Assembly (NCBI RefSeq): GCF_011045215.1
Contig: NZ_CP049201.1
Source: Escherichia coli
GTDB taxonomy: Bacteria; Pseudomonadota; Gammaproteobacteria; Enterobacterales; Enterobacteriaceae
Direction: 5' to 3' (one strand)
DNA: 64,000 nucleotides
Positions within the stretch are counted from its first letter, which is position 1. Each line of letters opens with the position of its first letter. A program made the translations under genes and the position numbers. Of the stretch, positions 48,238 to 55,379 are shown piece by piece. The notes beneath the pieces are model-generated. The model was given only the letters and a program-made list of their open reading frames with translations, did no database searches and was not told the origin of the DNA.

Positions 48238-49482
48238 ATGGCGTTACCTGCGGAAAGCCTGATTGCGTATACCCTGGAAAAAATGAAGCACCGTATGACC
48301 ACCGGAGCCCGGAAGGAGGAGGGGCGAATACGCAGCGGACTGTTGTTCACCGGCAATGTGCACGATGCCATTCCGCGTCGTCTGTTGCTGGATACGCGTC
48401 TTTCACCGCTGGACAAGATGGCATGGATGATGATCCGGCTGTATGCGCAGAATAATGAGGGGGCCATTTTTCCTACTTACGATGAACTGCAACTGCAGCT
48501 GGCATCGCCGGGAAAGGGAAAAGCTTCCAGAGAAACCGTCAGCCGGGTATTGCTGATGTTGCGGATCACGGGCTGGCTGAGCCTGTGTAAACGGGTACGT
48601 GATGATAAAGGCCGGGTTCGGGGAAACATTTACGCCCAGCATGACGAGCCCCTGACGTTCTGCGATGCAGAGGCGATGGATCCGCGTTATCTGGATATAG
48701 TGGCAGAAGCCTGTATGAGCCGGAACCGGACCATCAGTCAGACGGCACGGGATATTCTTTGTGAAATAAAAAATGATCCGGGAATGCGTCACTATCACAG
48801 CCATATCAGTCAGCTGGAAGCCCGGATAGGAAGTGCCCAGACACCGGGGCAGATGGCTGCCCGTCAGCGGGTGACAGAGGACAGAATGCGGCCGGGTTCG
48901 GAAACCGAACCAGTGGTGAGAACACTGAGTTCGGCACCGGAAAAGCTGAGTTCGGAAACCGAACCGGGTAAAAAAATGGGGCAAAAAAGACAGAGTTCGG
49001 ATCCCGAACCATCAGGAAAATCAGCAGGTTATCACAGAGTCCGGGAACCGAACCATTACGTACGTAATATCACACACAGTGTGATTAAAAACACGTACGT
49101 ACTGCCGGCGTCGCTGACGGGGCAAATCAGGGAGGAAGATGCCATCATGCTGACTAGTCAGTTGCAGGCGTTGCCGGAAGCGCTGGCACAGGGGGTGCTG
49201 GAAAGCCTGTCAGGGATGCTGGGCAGTCAGTCACTGCAGAACCCGGTGGGCTGGCTGCTTGCAGTGCTGAAGCGTGCCCGGGAGGGAAATTTTTATCCAC
49301 CGAAACAGAAACAGCGCGTCGCTGCATCAGCCACCATACAGGCGGGAGCGGGAGGGCGCACCACTTCGCAGCCTGTTGTCACCCGGAAACGTACAGAACC
49401 CATTTCAGCAGAACGTCTGAGTGGCATTGTGGCAGGACTACGGGCCTCCCTTCGCAACCGTCCTGCGATGAGAGCCCGGTGA
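48238..49482 (+). CDS. Winged-helix Rep-like protein (STY4528-family 'pathogenicity island replication protein' type)
   Basis: SD GAGGTG before the ATG at 48238. It has a wHTH-like segment SRETVSRVLLMLRITGWLS. Its position upstream of the tandem array is the same as in SPI-7-like islands. The family name is from memory. Confidence 0.65.
   Translation: MALPAESLIAYTLEKMKHRMTTGARKEEGRIRSGLLFTGNVHDAIPRRLLLDTRLSPLDKMAWMMIRLYAQNNEGAIFPTYDELQLQLASPGKGKASRETVSRVLLMLRITGWLSLCKRVRDDKGRVRGNIYAQHDEPLTFCDAEAMDPRYLDIVAEACMSRNRTISQTARDILCEIKNDPGMRHYHSHISQLEARIGSAQTPGQMAARQRVTEDRMRPGSETEPVVRTLSSAPEKLSSETEPGKKMGQKRQSSDPEPSGKSAGYHRVREPNHYVRNITHSVIKNTYVLPASLTGQIREEDAIMLTSQLQALPEALAQGVLESLSGMLGSQSLQNPVGWLLAVLKRAREGNFYPPKQKQRVAASATIQAGAGGRTTSQPVVTRKRTEPISAERLSGIVAGLRASLRNRPAMRAR
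48895..49053. repeat. Cluster of GTTCGG-N3-CCGAAC palindromes inside the Rep-like gene
   Basis: GGTTCGGAAACCGAACC 48895-48911; half-site GTTCGG 48929-48934; GTTCGGAAACCGAAC 48950-48964; GTTCGGATCCCGAAC 48995-49009; GTCCGGGAACCGAAC 49039-49053. Confidence 0.8.
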
Positions 49483-49506
49483 TGGCGTTGTGATTCACGT
49501 TCACAG

Positions 49507-50112
49507 AGAGCAAAAATCAACCAGTGCTGCCAGTGGCAGCATAGAGCAAAAATTAGCCAGTGCTGCTCGGGGCAGCATAGAGCAAAAATTAGCCAGTGCT
49601 GCCCGGGGCAGCATAGAGCAAAAATCAGCCAGTGCTGCCCGGGGCAGCATAGAGCAAAAATCAGCCAGTGCTGCCCGGAGCAGCATAGAGCAAAAATTAG
49701 CCAGTGCTGCCCGGGGCAGCATAGAGCAAAAATTAAGCAGTGCTGCCCGGGGCAGCATAGAGCAAAAATTAGCCAGTGCTGCCCGGGGCAGCATAGAGCA
49801 AAAATCAGCCAGTGCTGCCCGGGGCAGCATAGAGCAAAAATTAAGCAGTGCTGCCCGGGGCAGCATAGAGCAAAAATTAGCCAGTGCTGCCCGGGGCAGC
49901 ATAGAGCAAAAATCAGCCAGTGCTGCCCGGGGCAGCATAGAGCAAAAATCAGCCAGTACTGCCCGGAGCAGCATAGAGGAAAAATTAGTCAGTGCTGCCC
50001 GGGGCAGCATAGAGCAAAAATTAGGCAGTGCAGCCCGGGACAGCATAGAGTGAAAATTAGCCAGTGCTGCCAGTGTCACCAAAGAACAAAAATTATGCTG
50101 CGTCAGCAGCAT
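49507..50112. repeat. Tandem array of a 36-bp unit (about 15 well-conserved and 2 degenerate copies), each with an internal palindrome; candidate iteron/oriV or centromere-like array
   Basis: The unit is AGAGCAAAAAT(T/C)AGCCAGTGCTGCCCGGGGCAGCAT, starting at 49507 and then every 36 bp through 50047, with a shortened copy at 50083. TGCTGCCC-G-GGGCAGCA forms 8-bp inverted arms. The array lies 25 nt after the Rep-like stop codon. Confidence 0.95.
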
Positions 50113-50354
50113 GGAAGGCGGCGGCACTGAATATCCTGAAACATCTGACGGTAAACCGCCGAAGCCCGGCGTCAGCCGGAAACGTCCTGACAGGATGCAG
50201 TGCTCTCCCCGGCCCTGCCAGACCCTGTTTGTTTCAGGAAAAAGCCTGTGTCACATAAAAGAACCGGAGTACAGAGGTAAAACAGAATACTTGCCGCCGT
50301 TTTTTCCGTCAGTATACTTTTTCGTGCTGAAATTCTGGCTAAGGAAAGATTTTT

Positions 50355-51101
50355 ATGACAAATATTAAAATTCTGGCATTCAGTGTGCTGGCAGCCTTTT
50401 CAGTGGGTGCCGCGCATGCGGAAAGTACGCTGACAGTGGGGGCCGGGGTCGGCGTTGTTGAACAATCCTATAAAGGGTATGACGCAAAGGCTTACCTGAT
50501 CCCTGCGGTTTCTTATGACAGTGATTATTTCTGGTTCCGGGGGCTGGGCGGGGGCTTTTATCTGTGGAATGACAGTGCGGATACGCTTTCTGTGACGGCA
50601 TACTGGGCACCGATGTATTTTAAACCGGATGACAGTAATGACCATCAGTTACGTCTGCTGGATGAGCGTAAAAGCACACTGATGGCGGGGATATCCTGGT
50701 CTCATAATACGCCATATGGTTTCCTGCGCACGGGGCTTGCTGCGGATGTACTGGATAACAGTAATGGTGTTGTTGGTGATGTGGCGTGGTTATACCGTTA
50801 TGTGAATGGTGGATTCACCCTGACACCGGGGATTGGTGTGGAGTGGAGCAGCCAGAAACAGAACGACTATTATTATGGCGTATCGCGTCGTGAATCTGCG
50901 CGCAGCGGTCTGGAGCGGTATAAAGCGGATAATGGCTGGTCACCTTACCTTGAAATCAGTGCAAATTACACCTTTGCCGGCAACTGGGGGATCTACGGAA
51001 CCGCACGTTACAGCCGCTTATCTGATGAAGTTAAAAACTCTCCCATGGTGGATAAGTCATGGGATGGACTGTTTTCCACCGGGATCACTTATCGTTTCTG
51101 A
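50355..51101 (+). CDS. mipA: MipA/OmpV-family outer-membrane (MltA-interacting) protein
   Basis: 248 aa with the signal peptide MTNIKILAFSVLAAFSVGAAHA, an alternating beta-strand pattern and a C-terminal ..GITYRF. Confidence 0.8.
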   Translation: MTNIKILAFSVLAAFSVGAAHAESTLTVGAGVGVVEQSYKGYDAKAYLIPAVSYDSDYFWFRGLGGGFYLWNDSADTLSVTAYWAPMYFKPDDSNDHQLRLLDERKSTLMAGISWSHNTPYGFLRTGLAADVLDNSNGVVGDVAWLYRYVNGGFTLTPGIGVEWSSQKQNDYYYGVSRRESARSGLERYKADNGWSPYLEISANYTFAGNWGIYGTARYSRLSDEVKNSPMVDKSWDGLFSTGITYRF

Positions 51102-51121
51102 TATCGGTATGATCTGATGCT

Positions 51122-51149
51122 CACCGGTGCCGGATCATGGGCACCGGTG
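51122..51149 (+). terminator. Hairpin after mipA
   Basis: CACCGGTGCC-ggatcatg-GGCACCGGTG is a 10-bp stem with no U-tract. Confidence 0.4.
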
Positions 51150-51265
51150 TACTGAACTTCCCTTTCTTCCCCATTTTTCTGTGGCCTGAATCTGGTTTTC
51201 TGTTGTTCCTTCTGCGCTTCGTCCTGACGATCTCACTTTATCCCTGATTGTTATAAGGAACTGAT

Positions 51266-51964
51266 ATGAGTGAAGATAAACTGAACCAGAAAGATGTCCG
51301 GGCCGGCGCATTGCAGTCCTCGCTGTCCATTCTGTTACATACCCATTATGCCATTCGTCTTTGGGAAGGACGTTTACCCGGACGAAAGCCCGGGAATATG
51401 CCCTGGATTATGAGTATGCCGCAGGCAATAAAACGTGCCGGGGGGATTTACCGGGATTCCCTGGCGGATAATCCCTATGCCGATGAAGCGATGTGGAAGG
51501 TGGAAAATGCAATTAATGCTGCCAGTGAAAAAGTACATGCTCTGGTTGGCTGGCTGGAGCAGGTTCTGTGTGCCGTGCCGGCGAATATTACCATGACTGA
51601 TGTTGTATCCCGTTCTCCATTAAATATTGGGGTTTACAGTAGTTCTCCGCTGGGGTATCGCTGTGTCTGGCTGCTTGTGGGATATGATCAGATGGCTCTG
51701 AAAGCGTTTCAGGCATCCCACTTTGGCCTGATTTCCCGGCAGAAACGGGACGAGTTACTCTCACATGGCGGGTATCTTATCCGGAAAATTTACGGCATTT
51801 TAAGGGGTTATTATGCCATCCCTGTCACACGACAGGATCTTGAAGAAAAAACACCGGCGGGAGAACAGGCGATGGCACGCCTGGGGCTCCCTGATGCTGA
51901 GATTATGAATGGGCAGTTGCGATCATCATTTTCTCCTCCGCTGAAGAAAAAGAAGAATAAATAG
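51266..51964 (+). CDS. ICE-associated protein (PFL_4669-family-like), upstream of topB
   Basis: 232-aa ORF with a Lys-rich tail (PPLKKKKNK). The family assignment is from memory of PFGI-1-class ICE gene order. Confidence 0.55.
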   Translation: MSEDKLNQKDVRAGALQSSLSILLHTHYAIRLWEGRLPGRKPGNMPWIMSMPQAIKRAGGIYRDSLADNPYADEAMWKVENAINAASEKVHALVGWLEQVLCAVPANITMTDVVSRSPLNIGVYSSSPLGYRCVWLLVGYDQMALKAFQASHFGLISRQKRDELLSHGGYLIRKIYGILRGYYAIPVTRQDLEEKTPAGEQAMARLGLPDAEIMNGQLRSSFSPPLKKKKNK

Positions 51965-51974
51965 TGGGGGATAA

Positions 51975-53984
51975 ATGCAACTTTACTTGTGTGAAAAACC
52001 GTCACAGGCGCGGGATATTGCCCGGGTGCTGGGGCTCAGCGGGCGGGGAGAGGGCTGTATTGAAGGTGATACTGTCACGGTCACCTGGGCTGTGGGGCAT
52101 CTGCTGGAGCTGGCCGCCCCGGAAGCGTACGGGGAACAGTTCGGGGTTCCCTGGCGTATGGAGTCGCTTCCCGTTCTGCCTGAAAAGTGGCAGATGACGG
52201 TTAAACCGCAGACGAAATCCCAGTTTACGGTGATCAGCCGCCTGCTGAAGCGTGCGTCTGAAGTGGTGATTGCCACGGATGCGGACAGGGAAGGAGAAGT
52301 CATCGCCCGGGAACTGCTGACGTACTGCCGGTACCGGGGGCCAGTCCGTCGGCTGTGGCTGTCTGCCCTGGATGAGGCCAGCGTCCGGGAGGCGCTGGCA
52401 AATATTCTGCCCGGTGAGCAGACGGCCCGTCTGTATGATGCCGGCCTGGCCCGTGGTCAGGCTGACTGGCTGATCGGGATGAACCTGACGCGTCTGTATA
52501 CCCTTAAGGCCCGGGCGTCGGGGATCCAGGATGTGTTGTCCGTCGGAAGGGTACAGACGCCGACACTTGCCATGGTGGTCAGACGGGATCAGGAGATTGC
52601 CGGTTTTGTGCCACGCCCCTGGTGGCAGGTGTTTGTCGGGCTGGAGAAAGACGGGATCCGGTTCCGGGTCGTCTGGGTGGCGGCAGAGCAGTACTGCGAT
52701 GAAGAGAAACGGTGCGTGAACGTTCAGGCGGCCCGGGCTGTTCTTCAGTTGTGTCAGCAGACACCGTCAGCGGTGGTGCATGAGGTGACCCGGAAGTGTG
52801 AAAAAACACCGGCTCCGCTCTGTTTTTCGCTGGGTACACTGCAGGAGGCCTGCTCCCGGAAATTTGGTATGGGAGCGCAGACTGTGCTGAATATCGCGCA
52901 GTCCCTGTATGAGACGCACAAAGCCACGACGTATCCCCGGACGGACTGTGGCTATCTGCCTGAATCCATGCAACAGGAAAGCCGGGAGGTACTGGCGGCG
53001 ATGGCGCGTTCAGACCCGGCCCTGACGCCGGTTCTGGCACAGCTCGATCCCGGTTTTGTTTCACGTATCTGGAATGACAAAAAGATTACGGCACACCATG
53101 CCATTATTCCGACCCGGCAGGTCTTTGATATCAGGGCACTGAGTGAAGATGAACTGAAGGTGTATCAGCTTATCCGCCAGCATTATCTGGCCCAGTTTCT
53201 GCCCCTGCAGGAGTCTGATATTACTGATGCAACACTGACACTCGGCGGGCAACGGTTCAGGGCCCGCGGGAAAGTGAATGTGGTGACGGGCTGGCGAAGC
53301 CTGTTTTCCGGGGAGGCTGCAGAAGTTGCTGAAGGTGAAGATGAACAGACGACGGAAATGGCGTTGCCGGCGCTTGAACGGGGAGAGCACTGCCGGATTA
53401 GCGGTTCAGAACTGAAGGACCGGATGACGTCACCTCCGGCACCTTTTACGGAAGGAACCCTGATTGCCGCCATGAAGAATGCTGCCAGTCAGGTCAGCGA
53501 CCCGAAGCTGAAAAAAGTGCTGCGGGAGAATGCCGGTCTGGGGACGGAGGCCACGCGGGCCGGTGTGCTGGAGGTGTTATTTGCCCGGCAGTATCTGGAG
53601 AAGAGCGGGAAGCATATCCGGTCAACGCAACGGGGCAGGGAACTGACGGCCGCCCTGCCGGAAGCCCTGACCAGTCCGGGCATGACGGCGCTGTGGGAGC
53701 AGGCTCTGGATGATATTGCACAGGGCAGAATGTCACTGGATACCTTTATGGGCAGACAGCAGCAGTGGGTGCGTCATCTGGTCTCATCCGGGCGGGAACA
53801 GCCCTTCAGTATGACGGTTCCGGTGACGCCGCCGTGCCCGCTTTGTCAGGGGCCGACCCGGCAGCGAAAGGGAAAGCACGGACTGTTCCGGAGCTGTCAG
53901 CGGTATCCTGAGTGTAAGGGCGTGGTGAACACGCAGAAAAAGGCCGGGCGACGAAAAAACGCGGGAAAAACTAAAACGGAGTAA
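51975..53984 (+). CDS. topB: DNA topoisomerase III (type IA), island-encoded
   Basis: 669 aa with a Toprim N-terminus (MQLYLCEKPSQARDIARVLG, DADREGE), the active-site region TYPRTD and a C-terminal zinc ribbon CPLCQG..CQRYPECKG. Confidence 0.9.
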   Translation: MQLYLCEKPSQARDIARVLGLSGRGEGCIEGDTVTVTWAVGHLLELAAPEAYGEQFGVPWRMESLPVLPEKWQMTVKPQTKSQFTVISRLLKRASEVVIATDADREGEVIARELLTYCRYRGPVRRLWLSALDEASVREALANILPGEQTARLYDAGLARGQADWLIGMNLTRLYTLKARASGIQDVLSVGRVQTPTLAMVVRRDQEIAGFVPRPWWQVFVGLEKDGIRFRVVWVAAEQYCDEEKRCVNVQAARAVLQLCQQTPSAVVHEVTRKCEKTPAPLCFSLGTLQEACSRKFGMGAQTVLNIAQSLYETHKATTYPRTDCGYLPESMQQESREVLAAMARSDPALTPVLAQLDPGFVSRIWNDKKITAHHAIIPTRQVFDIRALSEDELKVYQLIRQHYLAQFLPLQESDITDATLTLGGQRFRARGKVNVVTGWRSLFSGEAAEVAEGEDEQTTEMALPALERGEHCRISGSELKDRMTSPPAPFTEGTLIAAMKNAASQVSDPKLKKVLRENAGLGTEATRAGVLEVLFARQYLEKSGKHIRSTQRGRELTAALPEALTSPGMTALWEQALDDIAQGRMSLDTFMGRQQQWVRHLVSSGREQPFSMTVPVTPPCPLCQGPTRQRKGKHGLFRSCQRYPECKGVVNTQKKAGRRKNAGKTKTE

Positions 53985-54217
53985 TCTTAATTTCTCCCTG
54001 TTCAGGATCGGGTAGTGTGGTTAAGCTTTGATGTATACCCCCGTTATCAGCGGGAGGCTGGCTCAACGAAAACACAACGGCGTTCAGTCAGCTACTGATA
54101 CCACAACCGGCCATCGCACATCCTGTCGGGTTGTAAGGCGCATGCCCTCCGTGAAAAACGCGCCGGGATTTATCCCCGGAGACAAGTGAGATAACCACCG
54201 GGCTGGTACCCCCCTGT

Positions 54218-54248
54218 AACGGCGCTGTATTTGCAGCGCCGTTTTTTA
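54218..54248 (+). terminator. Rho-independent terminator of topB
   Basis: AACGGCGCTG-tattt-GCAGCGCCGTT followed by TTTTTATT. Confidence 0.75.
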
Positions 54249-54255
54249 TTCCGGG

Positions 54256-54284
54256 TTGACTTTCCATGGATGTGTTTTAAAAAT
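54256..54284 (+). promoter_or_regulatory. Candidate sigma70 promoter for the structured leader and DUF3577-like/ssb genes
   Basis: -35 TTGACT (54256-61), a 16-17 nt spacer, then TAAAAA/AAAAAT. The predicted start is ~20 nt before the tandem hairpin element. Confidence 0.4.
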
Positions 54285-54310
54285 AACCGGGCTTATTTGC
54301 TGCATCTGCA

Positions 54311-54404
54311 GCCAGCCAATGTTTCAGCAGTCTGAGAGAAACGCCTTCGGGTGACTGCCAGCCAACGTTTCACCGGCCTGAGAGAAACACCTTCGGGTGG
54401 CCGG
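54311..54404 (+). ncRNA. Tandem (2 x 46 nt) hairpin/pseudoknot element with compensatory stem changes; a STAXI-motif-like leader
   Basis: Unit 1 stem GCAGTC(54327-32)/GACTGC(54353-58). Unit 2 stem CCGGCC(54373-78)/GGCCGG(54399-404). The loop TGAGAGAAAC(G/A)CCTTCGGGT is conserved and contains a C(G/A)CC-UUCG-GGUG mini-hairpin. GTTTC 5' of each stem can pair with GAAAC in the loop to form a pseudoknot. Confidence 0.5.
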
Positions 54405-54567
54405 AATATCCTCGTAGCCTGAAAGAGGATGCCTGTGGGCGGTACATCCGTTTAACCTCTGGAAACGGATATCACTGTTCAGTGATTGAGGTCTTTTTAC
54501 TTCTCAGACAGCCGGAATTCAGCTGATCCGGCATCCCCGACGGGAACATTCACTTCCGTCAGGGATG

Positions 54568-54594
54568 GTGATGTTCTCCGTCATCACATTTTTT
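54568..54594 (+). terminator. Terminator/attenuator-like hairpin in the leader, with an anti-SD loop
   Basis: GTGATG-ttctccgt-CATCAC-A-TTTTTT lies 20 nt before the ATG at 54615. The loop TTCTCC is complementary to the SD GGAGAA (54603-08). Confidence 0.4.
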
Positions 54595-54614
54595 AACTCC
54601 ATGGAGAAATCATC

Positions 54615-55070
54615 ATGTCTGTAAATACTGCTAAAACTGAATACTTTAATCTGACCCTGAAAGGTCTGGGGTATCTCAGTAATGTACGTCAGGTGAATCA
54701 CCAGAACGGCTCGTTTCTCAGCTGTGTGGTGAATGCGCTGAGCGGACCCACGGACAGCCCGTCCTACGTCCGTTTTGATGTCACGGTTGCCGGTAAAGAG
54801 GCGACTGCCCTGATTGCCCGCTGCCAGAAGGCGGTGGATGAAGATCGCAAGGTGCTGCTTGGCTTCACGCTGAGCAACCTGTCCACTGACATCTTCACTC
54901 TGAACAAGGGAGAGCATGCCGGTGAACAACGCGTCAGCCTGAAGGCCCGCCTGATCAAGGTGGACTGGATCAAGATAGGCCAGGAGATGGTTTACAAGGC
55001 TGAAAAATCAGACTCCCAGCCGCCGCAAAACGGCACCATGCAACAGCAATACGCAGAAAACTCTTTCTGA
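54615..55070 (+). CDS. DUF3577-like protein (STY4534-family 'ICE replication protein' type)
   Basis: 151 aa starting MSVNTAKTEYFNLTLKGLGYLSNVRQV.... It sits between topB and ssb, as in SPI-7-like islands. The family name is from memory. Confidence 0.65.
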   Translation: MSVNTAKTEYFNLTLKGLGYLSNVRQVNHQNGSFLSCVVNALSGPTDSPSYVRFDVTVAGKEATALIARCQKAVDEDRKVLLGFTLSNLSTDIFTLNKGEHAGEQRVSLKARLIKVDWIKIGQEMVYKAEKSDSQPPQNGTMQQQYAENSF

Positions 55071-55096
55071 TCGTACTTTTCTCAACCGTCCTGATG

Positions 55097-55135
55097 AAAA
55101 CAGACTGCCTCATCAGGGCGGTCTGTTTTCTTATT
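55097..55135 (+). terminator. Terminator-like hairpin(s) after 54615..55070
   Basis: AAAACAGAC(55097-105)/GTCTGTTTT(55121-29) is followed by CTTATT. It overlaps the alternative hairpin CCTGATGA/TCATCAGG. Confidence 0.5.
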
Positions 55136-55160
55136 GTCTTTATCTTTAAGGAAACTTCTT

Positions 55161-55364
55161 ATGCAACAGCCAAATGGCATGCTGGCCGCACAGGCCGGCT
55201 ATACGTTACCCCTTCAGGTTCTCCGCAGCGTACGTGGTTATTATATTGGTACTCAGTGTGATGAGGGACCGGTGTCCCGCGAATCCGTGGAGTATTACAG
55301 AGACCATGAGCAGGCGGCACAGGCGCTGGAAAGCGGCACCTGGACGCAGCGGACGTGTGCGTGA
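55161..55364 (+). CDS. Hypothetical small protein
   Basis: 67 aa from the ATG at 55161 (SD AAGGAAA): MQQPNGMLAAQAGYTLPLQVLRSVRGYYIGTQCDEGPVSRESVEYY.... Confidence 0.5.
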   Translation: MQQPNGMLAAQAGYTLPLQVLRSVRGYYIGTQCDEGPVSRESVEYYRDHEQAAQALESGTWTQRTCA

Positions 55365-55379
55365 GGATGAGGAGGCTAT

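Noticed and set aside
47682-48467. 261-aa minus-strand ORF spanning 47706..48134 and the Rep-like gene start
   Set aside because: It is antisense to two ORFs that have SD sequences. Its composition is junk-like (rich in Ser, Arg, Ile, Phe and Cys), it has no SD, and it crosses an intergenic hairpin.
49507-50112. CRISPR array (regular 36-bp periodicity with a palindromic core)
   Set aside because: The units are contiguous. The segment between palindromes is the same ~19 nt in every unit, so there are no unique spacers, and no cas genes or leader lie nearby. It is a plain tandem repeat.
49490-50127. ORFs 49490..50053 (+, 187 aa) and 49501..50127 (-, 208 aa) as repeat proteins
   Set aside because: Both strands are open only because the 36-bp unit equals 12 codons without stops. 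Neither ORF has an SD or a credible start (GTG directly after the Rep stop region), and the peptides are perfect low-complexity repeats. Translation cannot be strictly excluded without Ribo-seq.
53985-54217. Possible additional ncRNA in the topB 3' region (several short hairpins such as CCGGG-atttat-CCCGG and TCAGT-cagct-ACTGA)
   Set aside because: The hairpins are short (5-7 bp). There is no internal repeat or covariation to lean on and no promoter-like site. This is most simply the topB 3' UTR ahead of its terminator.
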